Made by a program: the position numbers and the translations under genes | The notes under the pieces: generated by a model | The model's database searches: none | What the model saw: only the letters and a program-made list of their open reading frames with translations | What the model was told of the DNA's origin: nothing | Source: a virus | Lineage: Duplodnaviria; Heunggongvirae; Uroviricota; Caudoviricetes | Reading direction: 5' to 3' (one strand) | Virus record (IMG/VR): IMGVR_UViG_2541047780_000004 | DNA: 45,478 nucleotides | Shown here: piece by piece, positions 8,572-18,299 of the stretch | Layout: the number at the start of each line of letters is the position of its first letter | Numbering within the stretch: the first letter of the stretch is position 1

Positions 8572-9471
8572 ATGACAAATACAGCAAAAATACTCAACTT
8601 CTGCAGAGGTAACTTTGCCAAACAGGAGCGTAATGTGGCAGATCTCGATGATGGTTACGCCAGACTATCAAATATGCTGCTTGAGGCTTATTCAGGCGCA
8701 GATCTGACCAAGCGACAGTTTAAAGTGCTGCTTGCCATTCTGCGTAAAACCTATGGATGGAATAAACCAATGGACAGAATCACCGATTCTCAACTTAGCG
8801 AGATTACAAAGTTACCCGTCAAACGGTGCAATGAAGCCAAGTTAGAACTCGTCAGAATGAATATTATCAAGCAGCAAGGCGGCATGTTTGGACCAAATAA
8901 AAACATCTCAGAATGGTGTATCCCTCAAAACGAGGGAAAATCCCCTAAAACGAGGGATAAAACATCCCTCAAATTGGGGGATTGCTATCCCTCAAAACAG
9001 GGGGACACAAAAGACACTATTACAAAAGAAAAAAGAAAAGATTATTCGTCAGAGAATTCTGGCGAATCCTCTGACCAGCCAGAAAACGACCTTTCTGTGG
9101 TGAAACCGGATGCTGCAATTCAGAGCGGCAGCAAGTGGGGGACAGCAGAAGACCTGACCGCCGCAGAATGGATGTTTGACATGGTGAAGACCATCGCGCC
9201 ATCAGCCAGAAAACCGAATTTTGCAGGGTGGGCTAACGATATCCGCCTGATGCGTGAACGTGACGGACGTAACCATCGCGACATGTGTGTACTGTTCCGC
9301 TGGGCATGCCAGGACAACTTCTGGTCCGGTAACGTGCTGAGCCCGGCCAAACTCCGCGACAAGTGGACCCAGCTCGAAATCAACCGTAACAAGCAACAGG
9401 CAGGTGTGACAGCCTGCAAACCAAAACTCGACCTGACAAACACTGACTGGATTTACGGGGTGGATTTATGA
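8572..9471 (+). CDS. O: Replication initiator O (lambda type)
   Basis: 299-aa ORF near-identical to lambda O as recalled (MTNTAKILNF...); contains the iteron array internally. Confidence 0.95.
   Translation: MTNTAKILNFCRGNFAKQERNVADLDDGYARLSNMLLEAYSGADLTKRQFKVLLAILRKTYGWNKPMDRITDSQLSEITKLPVKRCNEAKLELVRMNIIKQQGGMFGPNKNISEWCIPQNEGKSPKTRDKTSLKLGDCYPSKQGDTKDTITKEKRKDYSSENSGESSDQPENDLSVVKPDAAIQSGSKWGTAEDLTAAEWMFDMVKTIAPSARKPNFAGWANDIRLMRERDGRNHRDMCVLFRWACQDNFWSGNVLSPAKLRDKWTQLEINRNKQQAGVTACKPKLDLTNTDWIYGVDL
8920..9050 (+). repeat. ori-lambda-type origin: four about 18-bp iterons followed by an AT-rich segment
   Basis: Iterons ATCCCTCAAAACGAGGGA-like at 8920-8937, 8941-8957, 8964-8981 and 8987-9005, then an A-rich tract 9006-9050, inside the O gene. 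Confidence 0.85.
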
Positions 9472-10169
9472 AAAACATCGCCGCACAGATGGTTAATTTT
9501 GACCGTGAGCAGATGCGTCGGATCGCCAACAACATGCCGGAACAGTACGACGAAAAGCCGCAGGTACAGCAGGTAGCGCAGATCATCAACGGTGTGTTCA
9601 GCCAGTTACTGGCAACTTTCCCGGCGAGTCTGGCTAACCGTGACCAGAACGAACTGAACGAAATCCGCCGCCAGTGGGTTCTGGCTTTCCGGGAAAACGG
9701 GATCACCACAATGGAACAGGTTAACGCAGGAATGCGCGTAGCCCGTCGGCAGAATCGACCATTTCTGCCATCACCCGGGCAGTTTGTTGCATGGTGCCGG
9801 GAAGAAGCATCCGTTATCGCCGGACTGCCAAACGTCAGCGAGCTGGTTGATATGGTTTACGAGTATTGCCGGAAGCGAGGCCTGTATCCGGATGCAGAGT
9901 CTTATCCGTGGAAATCGAACGCGCACTACTGGCTGGTTACCAACCTGTACCAGAACATGCGGGCCAATGCGCTGACTGACGCGGAATTACGACGCAAGGC
10001 TGCCGATGAACTGACCTGTATGACAGCGCGAATTAACCGTGGTGAGACGATACCTGAACCAGTAAAACAACTTCCTGTCATGGGCGGCAGACCTCTAAAT
10101 CGTGTTCAGGCGCTGGCGAAGATCGCAGAAATTAAAGCTAAGTTAGGACTGAAAGGAGCAAGTGTATGA
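9468..10169 (+). CDS. P: Replication protein P (helicase loader, lambda type)
   Basis: 233-aa ORF overlapping the O stop; sequence matches lambda P as recalled. Confidence 0.95.
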   Translation: MKNIAAQMVNFDREQMRRIANNMPEQYDEKPQVQQVAQIINGVFSQLLATFPASLANRDQNELNEIRRQWVLAFRENGITTMEQVNAGMRVARRQNRPFLPSPGQFVAWCREEASVIAGLPNVSELVDMVYEYCRKRGLYPDAESYPWKSNAHYWLVTNLYQNMRANALTDAELRRKAADELTCMTARINRGETIPEPVKQLPVMGGRPLNRVQALAKIAEIKAKLGLKGASV

Positions 10170-10456
10170 CGGGCAAAGAGGCAATTATTCATTACCTGGG
10201 GACGCATAATAGCTTCTGTGCGCCGGACGTTGCCGCGCTAACAGGCGCAACAGTAACCAGCATAAATCAGGCCGCGGCTAAAATGGCACGGGCAGGTCTT
10301 CTGGTTATCGAAGGTAAGGTCTGGCGAACGGTGTATTACCGGTTTGCTACCAAGGAAGAACGGGAAGGAAAGATGAGCACGAACCTGATTTTTAAGGAGT
10401 GTCGCCAGAGTGCCACGATGAAACGGATATTGGCGGTATATGGAGTTAAAAGATGA
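10166..10456 (+). CDS. ren: Ren
   Basis: 96-aa ORF overlapping the P stop; matches lambda Ren as recalled. Confidence 0.9.
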   Translation: MTGKEAIIHYLGTHNSFCAPDVAALTGATVTSINQAAAKMARAGLLVIEGKVWRTVYYRFATKEEREGKMSTNLIFKECRQSATMKRILAVYGVKR

Positions 10457-10481
10457 CCATCTACATCACTGAGCTAATAAC

Positions 10482-10513
10482 AGGCCTGCAGGTAATCGCA
10501 GGCCTTTTTATTT
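10482..10513 (+). terminator. Rho-independent terminator after ren (tR2-like)
   Basis: 8-bp stem AGGCCTGC / GCAGGCCT followed by TTTTTATTT. Confidence 0.6.
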
Positions 10514-10529
10514 GGGGGAGAGGGAAGTC

Positions 10530-10970
10530 ATGAAAAAACTAACCTTTGAAATTCGATCTCCGGCACATCAGCAAAACGCTATTCACGCAGTACAGCAAAT
10601 CCTTCCAGACCCAACCAAACCAATCGTAGTAACCATTCAGGAACGCAACCGCAGCTTAGACCAAAACAGGAAGCTATGGGCCTGCTTAGGTGACGTCTCT
10701 CGTCAGGTTGAATGGCATGGTCGCTGGCTGGATGCAGAAAGCTGGAAGTGTGTGTTTACCGCAGCATTAAAGCAGCAGGATGTTGTTCCTAACCTTGCCG
10801 GGAATGGCTTTGTGGTAATAGGCCAGTCAACCAGCAGGATGCGTGTAAGCGAATTTGCGGAGCTATTAGAGCTTATACAGGCATTCGGTACAGAGCGTGG
10901 CGTTAAGTGGTCAGACGAAGCGCGACTGGCTCTCGAATGGAAAGCGCGATGGGGAGATCGGGCTGCATGA
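10530..10970 (+). CDS. ninB: NinB recombination protein
   Basis: ATG at 10530 with G-rich RBS (ORF track's 10512 start is TTG); matches lambda NinB as recalled. Confidence 0.85.
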   Translation: MKKLTFEIRSPAHQQNAIHAVQQILPDPTKPIVVTIQERNRSLDQNRKLWACLGDVSRQVEWHGRWLDAESWKCVFTAALKQQDVVPNLAGNGFVVIGQSTSRMRVSEFAELLELIQAFGTERGVKWSDEARLALEWKARWGDRAA

Positions 10971-11494
10971 CTATCAAATCAAATACGCCAGCACACGACA
11001 AGGACTGCTGGCAAACGCCGCTTTGGCTTTTTGATGCACTGGATATTGAGTTTGGATTCTGGCTGGATTCGGCAGCGAGCGACAAAAATGCTCTGTGCGC
11101 TCACTGGCTAACTGAGGACGACGACGCGCTCAATTCTGAGTGGGTAAGCCACGGTGCAATCTGGAATAACCCACCGTACAGCAATATCAGGCCGTGGGTG
11201 GAAAAAGCCGCTGAGCAGTGTATACAACAGCGACAGACGGTAGTGATGCTTGTGCCAGAGGATATGTCTGTCGGATGGTTCAGCAAGGCTCTGGAGAGTG
11301 TTGACGAAGTTCGTATTATCACTGATGGACGGATTAATTTTATCGAACCATCGACAGGGCTGGAGAAGAAGGGAAACAGCAAAGGCTCCATGCTGCTGAT
11401 TTGGCGACCGTTCATCAGTCCTCGACGGATGTTTACTACCGTATCCAAAGCGGCATTGATGGCGATCGGGCAGGGCGTCAGGAGGGCTGCATGA
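10967..11494 (+). CDS. Phage DNA N6-adenine methyltransferase (Dam-like)
   Basis: ATG at 10967 overlapping the ninB stop (ATGA); contains the NPPY-type motif (WNNPPYSN) of adenine methyltransferases. Confidence 0.8.
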   Translation: MTIKSNTPAHDKDCWQTPLWLFDALDIEFGFWLDSAASDKNALCAHWLTEDDDALNSEWVSHGAIWNNPPYSNIRPWVEKAAEQCIQQRQTVVMLVPEDMSVGWFSKALESVDEVRIITDGRINFIEPSTGLEKKGNSKGSMLLIWRPFISPRRMFTTVSKAALMAIGQGVRRAA

Positions 11495-11667
11495 GACGAC
11501 AGCGACGAAGCATCACCGACATAATCTGCGAAAACTGCAAATACCTTCCAACGAAACGCTCCAGAAATAAACGCAAGCTAATCCCAAAAGAATCTGACGT
11601 AAAAACCTTCAATTACACAGCCCACCTGTGGGATATCCGGTGGCTAAGATATCGTGCGAGGAAATGA
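11491..11667 (+). CDS. ninE: NinE
   Basis: 58-aa product ([20 protein letters not shown]...) matching lambda NinE as recalled; ATG overlaps the upstream stop. Confidence 0.85.
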   Translation: MRRQRRSITDIICENCKYLPTKRSRNKRKLIPKESDVKTFNYTAHLWDIRWLRYRARK

Positions 11668-11669
11668 CA

Positions 11670-12011
11670 ATGGATTATTCACAGTTAAGTGATTTTGAAA
11701 TTAACAGAATGGTAGGAGACATAATTTTTAAAGGCCTTTGGGCAAGTAAACCGGAAACATCAGGGAATAACACCAACAAATGGTATTACGGAAATGCTGA
11801 TACAACTTTTGAGCCATTAAATCATTTGCCTGACTACTGCAATGATCCGAGCGCTTCATGGCCGATTATTGAGAAATACAGGATTTCTATCTTAGACCAG
11901 TTAACTGAATGGTGTGTGGATGCAAAAGGCGTAAGCCCAATATTTGATACCAGACCTCTCCGCGCCGCCATGATTGTCTTTCTCCTGATGCAGGAGGCCA
12001 ATAATGCTTAG
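11670..12011 (+). CDS. Hypothetical nin-region protein
   Basis: 113-aa ORF from ATG 11670, 3 nt after the ninE stop; family not recognised. Confidence 0.55.
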   Translation: MDYSQLSDFEINRMVGDIIFKGLWASKPETSGNNTNKWYYGNADTTFEPLNHLPDYCNDPSASWPIIEKYRISILDQLTEWCVDAKGVSPIFDTRPLRAAMIVFLLMQEANNA

Positions 12012-12198
12012 CCCATCTCAATCCCTTCAATACCTGAAAGAAAGCATAGAGCGGGCTTCAATGTGCACAGAGTGGATTCTATCTAGGTTTAGCGCATACA
12101 GAAGATTGCCGGTAAAGGGCATGCCAAGCAAGTCGATGCTGCATATGCAAAAGAATGCGCGCTGGAAGGTATGGCGAGAACACAGGTTATGTGGCTGA
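12004..12198 (+). CDS. ninF: NinF-like protein
   Basis: N-terminus [10 protein letters not shown] resembles lambda NinF; the remainder is divergent. Confidence 0.6.
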   Translation: MLSPSQSLQYLKESIERASMCTEWILSRFSAYRRLPVKGMPSKSMLHMQKNARWKVWREHRLCG

Positions 12199-12217
12199 AA
12201 GAGGGGGTTATTAAGGC

Positions 12218-12580
12218 GTGAATACCTACAGCATCACATTACCCTGGCCTCCGAGCAATAATCGCTATTACCGCCATAATCGCGGGCGCACGCACGTCAG
12301 CGCAGAGGGGCAGGCATACCGCGATAACGTCGCCCGAATCATTAAAAACGCAATGCTGGATATCGGCCTGGCTATGCCTGTGAAAATCCGCATTGAGTGC
12401 CACATGCCGGATCGCCGTCGCCGTGACCTGGATAATCTGCAAAAAGCCGCTTTTGACGCACTCACTAAAGCAGGTTTCTGGCTGGATGATGCTCAGGTCG
12501 TTGATTACCGCGTTGTGAAGATGCCTGTTACCAAAGGTGGGAGGCTGGAACTGACCATCACCGAAATGGGGAATGAATGA
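12218..12580 (+). CDS. rusA: RusA Holliday-junction resolvase
   Basis: 120-aa ORF with GTG start; RusA-family sequence with conserved acidic residues. Confidence 0.85.
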   Translation: MNTYSITLPWPPSNNRYYRHNRGRTHVSAEGQAYRDNVARIIKNAMLDIGLAMPVKIRIECHMPDRRRRDLDNLQKAAFDALTKAGFWLDDAQVVDYRVVKMPVTKGGRLELTITEMGNE

Positions 12581-12717
12581 TGTTTGAGTTTAATATGGCA
12601 GAACTTCTTCGCCACCGCTGGGGGCGTCTGCGCTTATATCGTTTCCTCGGTTCTGTTTTGACCGATTACCGAATACTGAAGAATTACGCCAAAACCCTGA
12701 CAGGAACAGGAGTATGA
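12577..12717 (+). CDS. YlcG-like small protein (46 aa)
   Basis: ATG overlapping the rusA stop; 46 codons ([23 protein letters not shown]...); matches my recollection of DLP12 YlcG; below the ORF-track cut-off. Confidence 0.55.
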   Translation: MMFEFNMAELLRHRWGRLRLYRFLGSVLTDYRILKNYAKTLTGTGV

Positions 12718-12802
12718 AGTCAGAGATAACAATCAACTAATACTGTTTTGTTGATTTTTGCTTGTAATTGGCGTTCTGGTCTGATTTTTGTGGAGTAAGT
12801 TG

Positions 12803-13186
12803 ATGCGTGATATTCAGATGGTTCTTGAGCGTTGGGGTGCGTGGGCGGCTAATAATCATGAAGATGTGACCTGGTCGTCCATTGCCGCCGGTTTTAAGGG
12901 ATTAATTCCTTCAAAAGTAAAATCTCGCCCGCAATGTTGTGACGATGACGCGATGATCATTTGCGGGTGCATGGCCCGTCTGAAAAAGAACAACAGCGAT
13001 TTACACGATTTATTAGTAGATTATTATGTATGTGGTATGACATTCATGTCACTGGCAAGTAAGCATTGCTGCTCGGATGGTTATATCGGGAAAAGGTTAC
13101 AGAAGGCTGAGGGCATAATTGAAGGGATGTTAATGGCATTAGATATCCGGTTAGATATGGATATCGTTGCTAATAATTCTAATTGA
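12803..13186 (+). CDS. Late-gene antiterminator Q (DLP12 quuD-like)
   Basis: 127-aa product from ATG 12803 with GGAG RBS; position downstream of rusA/ylcG and upstream of the lysis module; Cys-rich zinc-binding-like region. Confidence 0.75.
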   Translation: MRDIQMVLERWGAWAANNHEDVTWSSIAAGFKGLIPSKVKSRPQCCDDDAMIICGCMARLKKNNSDLHDLLVDYYVCGMTFMSLASKHCCSDGYIGKRLQKAEGIIEGMLMALDIRLDMDIVANNSN

Positions 13187-13210
13187 TATGCAATTGTTTA
13201 CTAAAAGTTA

Positions 13211-13236
13211 TTAAAAATGGGGCGTGGAAACGCCCC
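13211..13236 (-). terminator. Hairpin plus T-tract on the minus strand, candidate nmpC terminator
   Basis: GGGGCG-TGGAAA-CGCCCC at 13219-13236 preceded on the plus strand by TTAAAAAT (a T-tract when read on the minus strand). Confidence 0.4.
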
Positions 13237-13323
13237 CAAAATAAAGGGTAATATATAACAGAAGGTTTATATAGTAAGAAGCAAGGTAGTGCTTCTAAAG
13301 GAAGTGGCTTGAGGGCTCCACTT

Positions 13324-13365
13324 ATATGTTGCGGAGGCAAAGCCTCCCGCAACATATCTTTTTCG
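13324..13365 (+). terminator. Rho-independent terminator (plus strand) between Q and nmpC
   Basis: 15-bp stem ATATGTTGCGGAGGC / GCCTCCCGCAACATAT with loop AAAG, followed by CTTTTT. Confidence 0.5.
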
Positions 13366-13374
13366 TAAGTCAGA

Positions 13375-14457
13375 TTAGAACTGATAAACCAGACCTACAG
13401 CGACGATGTCGTCGGTATCAATACCAGCTGTTTTGGTAAACTTACTATCGTCAATTAAGTTGATTTTGTAATCAACAAAAGTGGACATGTTTTTATTAAA
13501 GTAGTAAGTAGCACCGACATCGACATACTTGACTAAGTCTCGGTCACCATGAACACCAAGGTCTTTACCTTTTGACTGAAGGTAAGCAACAGATGGACGC
13601 AGACCGAAGTCAAACTGATATTGTGCTACTGCTTCAAAGTTTTGTGCTTTGTTTGCAATATGGTTATTACCAAAAACGGTCATATTCTGAGTTTCAGAAT
13701 ATGTGGTAGCCAGATAGATATTGTTCGCATCATATTTCAGGCCTGCAGCCCATACTTCCGCATTTTTGCCGGAGGCATTGAATTTGCTCTTACCATAGGC
13801 GACCTGACCGTCAGTGCGATCTGATTTAGCATAGGTTGCACCCACGCCGAATCCTTCATACTCATAAGTAGTGGAGAAACCGAAACCATCACCATTGGCT
13901 TCAGTTACGTCAGTGCGGTCATTTTTACCCTGATACTGAGCAGCAAAGTTCAGGCCATCGACCAGACCAAAGAAGTCGTTGTTACGATAAGTTGCAACAC
14001 CAGTAGTGCGACCAGTCATGAACACATCTGTTTGGGTCCAGGTATCACCACCGAATTCTGGCAGAACGTCAGTCCACGCACCGATGTCGTATGCTACACC
14101 GTAGTTACGGCCGTAATCGATTGAGCCGTAATCACCAAATTTCAGGCCTGCAAATGCAAGACGGGTTTTGTCTTTGGAAGAACCTTGAGATTCAGCACGG
14201 TTGCCTTTGAATTCATATTCCCACTGACCGAAACCAGTCAGTTGATCGTTGATTTGGGTTTCACCTTTGAAGCCAAGACGGGCATAAGTAGTATCACCAT
14301 CATCTGCATCATTAGAGGAGAAGTAGTGCTTGGCATTAACTTTCCCGTATAGATCCAGCTTGTTACTGTCTTTATTATAAATTTCAGCTGCCTGAGCAGA
14401 CATCGCCATCAGTACTGATGCAGCTACAGCAGAAATTGCCACTGTTAATTTTTTCAT
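13375..14457 (-). CDS. nmpC: Outer-membrane porin (NmpC/OmpC-family general bacterial porin), apparently intact
   Basis: 360-aa product from ATG 14455-14457 with AAGGG RBS; signal peptide, AEIYNKD start of mature porin, C-terminal VYQF; the longer ORF-track start is unlikely. Confidence 0.85.
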   Translation of the reverse strand: MKKLTVAISAVAASVLMAMSAQAAEIYNKDSNKLDLYGKVNAKHYFSSNDADDGDTTYARLGFKGETQINDQLTGFGQWEYEFKGNRAESQGSSKDKTRLAFAGLKFGDYGSIDYGRNYGVAYDIGAWTDVLPEFGGDTWTQTDVFMTGRTTGVATYRNNDFFGLVDGLNFAAQYQGKNDRTDVTEANGDGFGFSTTYEYEGFGVGATYAKSDRTDGQVAYGKSKFNASGKNAEVWAAGLKYDANNIYLATTYSETQNMTVFGNNHIANKAQNFEAVAQYQFDFGLRPSVAYLQSKGKDLGVHGDRDLVKYVDVGATYYFNKNMSTFVDYKINLIDDSKFTKTAGIDTDDIVAVGLVYQF

Positions 14458-14785
14458 TGTACGCCCTTTTTTTGAACTTTTATTAAAAAATGATGTCACT
14501 GCGCGATAAATATTCATCTAATCAATGTGATTATTTCAAGATGTAAGTTTTAGTTTCTCATTTAATTTGTGAAGTAGATCTCTATTTTTATCTGAACCTT
14601 TTCTATCTAATCCTATTCATGGCTCTTGTCTGAACAAAAATAAATCTATTAGCTAATTTATATTAATGGCACTTATTTATAAGTGCTCTATAATTCTTTA
14701 GCTTAATTTAAACAAACTAAAAATAACATCGGAAATTATTAACTGGTTATTTGTTGAAGTTTTCTTATGCATTTGTGGTGGTGTT

Positions 14786-14816
14786 TTGAACACTCGGTGG
14801 CATTCTCACAAATATC
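14786..14816 (+). promoter_or_regulatory. Candidate late promoter (PR'-like)
   Basis: TTGAAC at 14786-14791 and an AT-rich -10-like hexamer about 18 bp downstream, located about 70 nt upstream of the terminator at 14884; weak evidence. Confidence 0.2.
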
Positions 14817-14883
14817 ATTTAGTAGTTTACGTACGTAAAAAATTGGTTATGCTGTTAAGAGTGGTTACTTCGTCACACAGCTT

Positions 14884-14917
14884 AAACCCGCCGTCGAGCG
14901 GGTTTTTCCATTTTTTG
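14884..14917 (+). terminator. Rho-independent terminator upstream of the lysis cassette (tR'-like)
   Basis: 8-bp stem AAACCCGC / GCGGGTTT with loop CGTCGA, followed by TTCCATTTTTT; lies about 130 nt upstream of the holin start. Confidence 0.55.
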
Positions 14918-15045
14918 AGTCTCGATATTAGCTGATAACCCAATACCTGAGTTATTCACTGACTCCGAATCTGTTACGTTTCTGCCTTTATTGCGATACG
15001 TAGTATCCCCTTAATTTACACCCGCTTTGTCTGCGAGGTGGGGTT

Positions 15046-15261
15046 ATGAAATCCATGGATAAGTTAACAACGGGTGTCGCCTATGGTACCTCAGCAGGTA
15101 GTGCCGGGTACTGGTTTTTACAGTTGCTCGATAAAGTCACGCCCTCACAGTGGGCGGCAATAGGTGTGCTGGGTAGCCTGGTATTTGGCCTGCTGACGTA
15201 CCTGACAAACCTTTATTTCAAGATTAAAGAAGATAAGCGCAAGGCTGCGAGAGGTGAATAA
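15046..15261 (+). CDS. Pinholin (phage-21 S-type class II holin) with dual-start motif
   Basis: 71-aa product close to S21 as recalled; two closely spaced Met codons (M1 and M4) fit the holin/antiholin dual-start arrangement. Confidence 0.85.
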
Positions 15262-15758
15262 TGCCTCCATCATTACGAAAAGCCGTTGCTGCTGCTATTG
15301 GTGGCGGAGCAATTGCTATAGCATCAGTGTTAATCACTGGCCCAAGTGGTAACGATGGTCTGGAAGGTGTCAGCTACATACCATACAAAGATATTGTTGG
15401 TGTATGGACTGTATGTCACGGGCATACAGGAAAAGACATCATGCTCGGTAAAACGTATACCAAAGCAGAATGCAAAGCCCTCCTGAATAAAGACCTTGCC
15501 ACGGTCGCCAGACAAATTAACCCGTACATCAAAGTCGATATACCGGAAACAATGCGCGGCGCTCTTTACTCATTCGTTTACAACGTGGGTGCTGGCAATT
15601 TCAGAACATCGACGCTTCTTCGCAAAATAAACCAGGGCGATATCAAAGGCGCATGTGATCAGCTACGTCGCTGGACATATGCTGGCGGTAAGCAATGGAA
15701 AGGTCTCATGACTCGTCGTGAGATTGAGCGTGAAATCTGTTTGTGGGGTCAGCAATGA
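15261..15758 (+). CDS. SAR endolysin (phage-21 R-type lysozyme)
   Basis: 165-aa product with an N-terminal Gly/Ala-rich signal-anchor-release segment and a lysozyme-like domain. Confidence 0.85.
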   Translation: MPPSLRKAVAAAIGGGAIAIASVLITGPSGNDGLEGVSYIPYKDIVGVWTVCHGHTGKDIMLGKTYTKAECKALLNKDLATVARQINPYIKVDIPETMRGALYSFVYNVGAGNFRTSTLLRKINQGDIKGACDQLRRWTYAGGKQWKGLMTRREIEREICLWGQQ

Positions 15759-16216
15759 ACAGAGTAACCGCGATTATCTCCGCTCTGGTTATCTGCATCA
15801 TCGTCTGCCTGTCATGGGCTGTTAATCATTACCGTGATAACGCCATTACCTACAAAGCCCAGCGCGACAAAAATGCCAGAGAACTGACGCTGGCGAACGC
15901 GGCAATTACTGACATACAGATGCGTCAGCGTGATGTTGCTGCGCTCGATGCAAAATACACGAAGGAGTTAGCTGATGCGAAAGCTGAAAATGATGCTCTG
16001 CGTGATGATGTTGCCGCTGGTCGTCGTCGGTTGCACATCAAAGCAGTCTGTCAGTCAGTGCGTGAAGCCACCACCGCCTCCGGCGTGGATAATGCAGCCT
16101 CCCCCCGACTGGCAGACACCGCTGAACGGGATTATTTCACCCTCAGAGAGAGGCTGATCACTATGCAAAAACAACTGGAAGGAACCCAGAAGTATATTAA
16201 TGAGCAGTGCAGATAG
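15755..16216 (+). CDS. Rz (i-spanin)
   Basis: ATG at 15755 overlapping the endolysin stop; N-terminal transmembrane segment then coiled-coil region. Confidence 0.8.
   Translation: MNRVTAIISALVICIIVCLSWAVNHYRDNAITYKAQRDKNARELTLANAAITDIQMRQRDVAALDAKYTKELADAKAENDALRDDVAAGRRRLHIKAVCQSVREATTASGVDNAASPRLADTAERDYFTLRERLITMQKQLEGTQKYINEQCR
15975..16157 (+). CDS. Rz1 (o-spanin lipoprotein), embedded in Rz in the +1 frame
   Basis: 60-aa ORF entirely inside Rz; lipobox (VVGC) and proline-rich segment ([13 protein letters not shown]). Confidence 0.7.
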   Translation: MRKLKMMLCVMMLPLVVVGCTSKQSVSQCVKPPPPPAWIMQPPPDWQTPLNGIISPSERG

Positions 16217-16247
16217 AGCTGCCCATATCGATGGGCAACTCATGCAA

Positions 16248-16541
16248 TTATTGTGAGCAATACACACGCGCTTCCAGCGGAGTATAAATGCCTAAAGTAA
16301 TAAAACCGAGCAATCCATTTACGAATGTTTGCTGGGTTTCTGTTTTAACAACATTTTCTGCACCACCACAAATTTTTGCTGCATCGACAGTTTTCTTCTG
16401 CCCAATTCCCGAAACGAAGAAATGATGGGTGATGGTTTCCTTTGGTGTTACTGCTGTAGGTTTGTTTCCAACAGTAAACGTCTGTTGAGCACATCCTGTA
16501 ATAAGCATTGCCAGAGCGGCAGAAAACAACATTTTTTTCAT
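16248..16541 (-). CDS. bor: Bor lipoprotein (serum-resistance family)
   Basis: 97-aa product from ATG 16539-16541 with AGGA RBS; lipobox ITGC; near-identical to lambda Bor as recalled. Confidence 0.85.
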   Translation of the reverse strand: MKKMLFSAALAMLITGCAQQTFTVGNKPTAVTPKETITHHFFVSGIGQKKTVDAAKICGGAENVVKTETQQTFVNGLLGFITLGIYTPLEARVYCSQ

Positions 16542-17021
16542 CTTATTATCCTGCATTGTTAAAAACGGCAGAATCCTATGTGACAACAATTAAACGATAG
16601 TTAAATGGATTGATGAAAATTAAAACTACACAGGTGGGCTCAGACTATTGGAGGAAGTTGGGGACACTCAGAATCCTGTGGAATGAAATAAACCGGTCTA
16701 TCCGTCCATTACCCTTTTAGCTGCGCTGTATCGTCGCCGTATTCCCGCATTAACCATGACCGTAGCCCGACGGGGAATTCCTTCTGCGTGAGTGTGCGGG
16801 AATAATTAAAAACGATGCACACCGGGTTTTTACCGCGTTAATGATTCGCGGGTTTATCCCGGTGCGATGGTGGAAGAAACAGGAAGCTGTATTACAGAAA
16901 GTGCTACTACTGTATCCCGATGCGATGTATGTAATGTGAGTCAGATAATGGCACAGGATGTGGTGATGTGGCAGTCTGGAACACAGGATATATTGTCAGA
17001 ATAAGACCCGTAGGAATAAAA

Positions 17022-17348
17022 ATGAAAAGACGCCTTTTACTACTTTTTCTGTTATCTGTCCTGGCAGTGGGATGCTCGCAGCAAAAAGCTGATGAGCCCC
17101 GGCAATTAGTGACGGTGTATCCACGATATCCGGAATATGCTGCAGCAAATTATATCAAGGGGCTGGTTGAGGTTAAGTTCGATATTGGTGCTGATGGGAC
17201 TGTGACACGGATCGTTTTTCTCCGCTCAGAGCCTCATAATTTGTTTCGTGATGAAGTGGTGAAGGCCATGGCGAAATGGCGATTTGAAAAGAATCGCCCC
17301 TGTCAGGGAGTGAAGAGACAATTTATCTTTACGCCGTCACGTCCTTGA
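17022..17348 (+). CDS. Lipoprotein with TonB C-terminal-like domain
   Basis: 108-aa product from ATG 17022; signal peptide with lipobox (LAVGC); residues about 35-105 align by eye with the TonB C-terminal domain (YP..A....I.G.V.VKFD...DG.V....S.P...F..EV..AM..WR.E). Confidence 0.6.
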   Translation: MKRRLLLLFLLSVLAVGCSQQKADEPRQLVTVYPRYPEYAAANYIKGLVEVKFDIGADGTVTRIVFLRSEPHNLFRDEVVKAMAKWRFEKNRPCQGVKRQFIFTPSRP

Positions 17349-17470
17349 TGCTTCCAGGTAGAGAGGGGCTGGAAGCAGGAGAAAAATGAAAGAGCCAGCG
17401 GTTATATTTTTGTCATGGCTGACGAGGAATGATGGAAGAAGGCGTTGTATGCCACACAACGCCTCACTGT

Positions 17471-17824
17471 TCATTTCTTCTTTTTCTCTGGTGGAACCCG
17501 ATGAATAAGAGTTGCACTGGTTTCCGATGAGATGGCGATATACTCGGGCAAAGTATGCTGGCAGTTTTCCAACTGGTCAAAAATACCTGCTCTCGTCTGT
17601 TGCAATGCCTGCAGCATGCGGCGGCAATGCGCCTTGCTTTTACTAACCATCTTTCCTTCCTCTATCAGTCGCTGCGTGAACTCATCATGGAATACCAGGT
17701 AAATGCGGATGTTATCGGTTTTGGCTACGCAGCATAGTACAAAACGGACAGGTGCATCCCGGGACGGGGGAGGCGTCACATGTCCCTGTGATGGTTGTTC
17801 CGGGTAATGTACTGTGTGGGGCAT
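17471..17824 (-). CDS. Hypothetical ORF (possibly the 3' part of a frameshifted gene)
   Basis: 117-aa ORF with ATG start; overlaps ORF 17712..17963 by 113 nt in a different frame. Confidence 0.3.
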   Translation of the reverse strand: MPHTVHYPEQPSQGHVTPPPSRDAPVRFVLCCVAKTDNIRIYLVFHDEFTQRLIEEGKMVSKSKAHCRRMLQALQQTRAGIFDQLENCQHTLPEYIAISSETSATLIHRVPPEKKKK

Positions 17825-17963
17825 AAAAATGTCCGATAATTTTACTTTCTACCGCAGTTAGTTGATTCGTTGGTCCTGGTAGCACATTGGGCGAGGATTT
17901 AAATGCCAGGCAACTGAAGGATGATGTCGCAAGGGAGATAGCGAGAATATTTCTGATTTTCAT
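17712..17963 (-). CDS. Hypothetical secreted small protein (signal peptide, Cys-rich C-terminus)
   Basis: ATG at 17961-17963 with AGAGG RBS; N-terminal hydrophobic signal-like segment MKIRNILAISLATSSFSCLA. Confidence 0.35.
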   Translation of the reverse strand: MKIRNILAISLATSSFSCLAFKSSPNVLPGPTNQLTAVESKIIGHFYAPHSTLPGTTITGTCDASPVPGCTCPFCTMLRSQNR

Positions 17964-18099
17964 TTGATGATGCCTCTGTGTGAAATGACGGTAAACGACG
18001 CACTTGTGCCGGCACATAATAGCAAGCACCATAATAGATCAGATTCGATTCTTGCTGTAAGTGATAATTATTCTCGTTTTCGGGTCCTTTCCGTCGATC

Positions 18100-18299
18100 C
18101 AACAGGTTACGGGGCGGCGACCTCGCGGTTTTTCACTATTTATGAAAATTTTTCAGGGAAAATCGTGTCGGTACTTCTCGAATATAACTTTTTGTTTTTT
18201 TTAATATTGCATCCGTAAAGGTCCGACATGAAAGTGTCCGAAAATGCCTTTTTCTGGCGTTTTCATGTCGGGCCTTGTATTTGATAATGGGTTGTTTTC
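18100..18299 (+). other. cos region (cosN cohesive-end sequence GGGCGGCGACCT at 18112-18123, followed by cosB-like region)
   Basis: Match to the lambda 12-nt cohesive end as recalled, immediately upstream of the Nu1 gene. Confidence 0.8.

Noticed and set aside
17964-18218. 84-aa plus-strand ORF
   Set aside because: Spans the cos site and the cosB region upstream of Nu1; no RBS; cos DNA is not expected to be coding.
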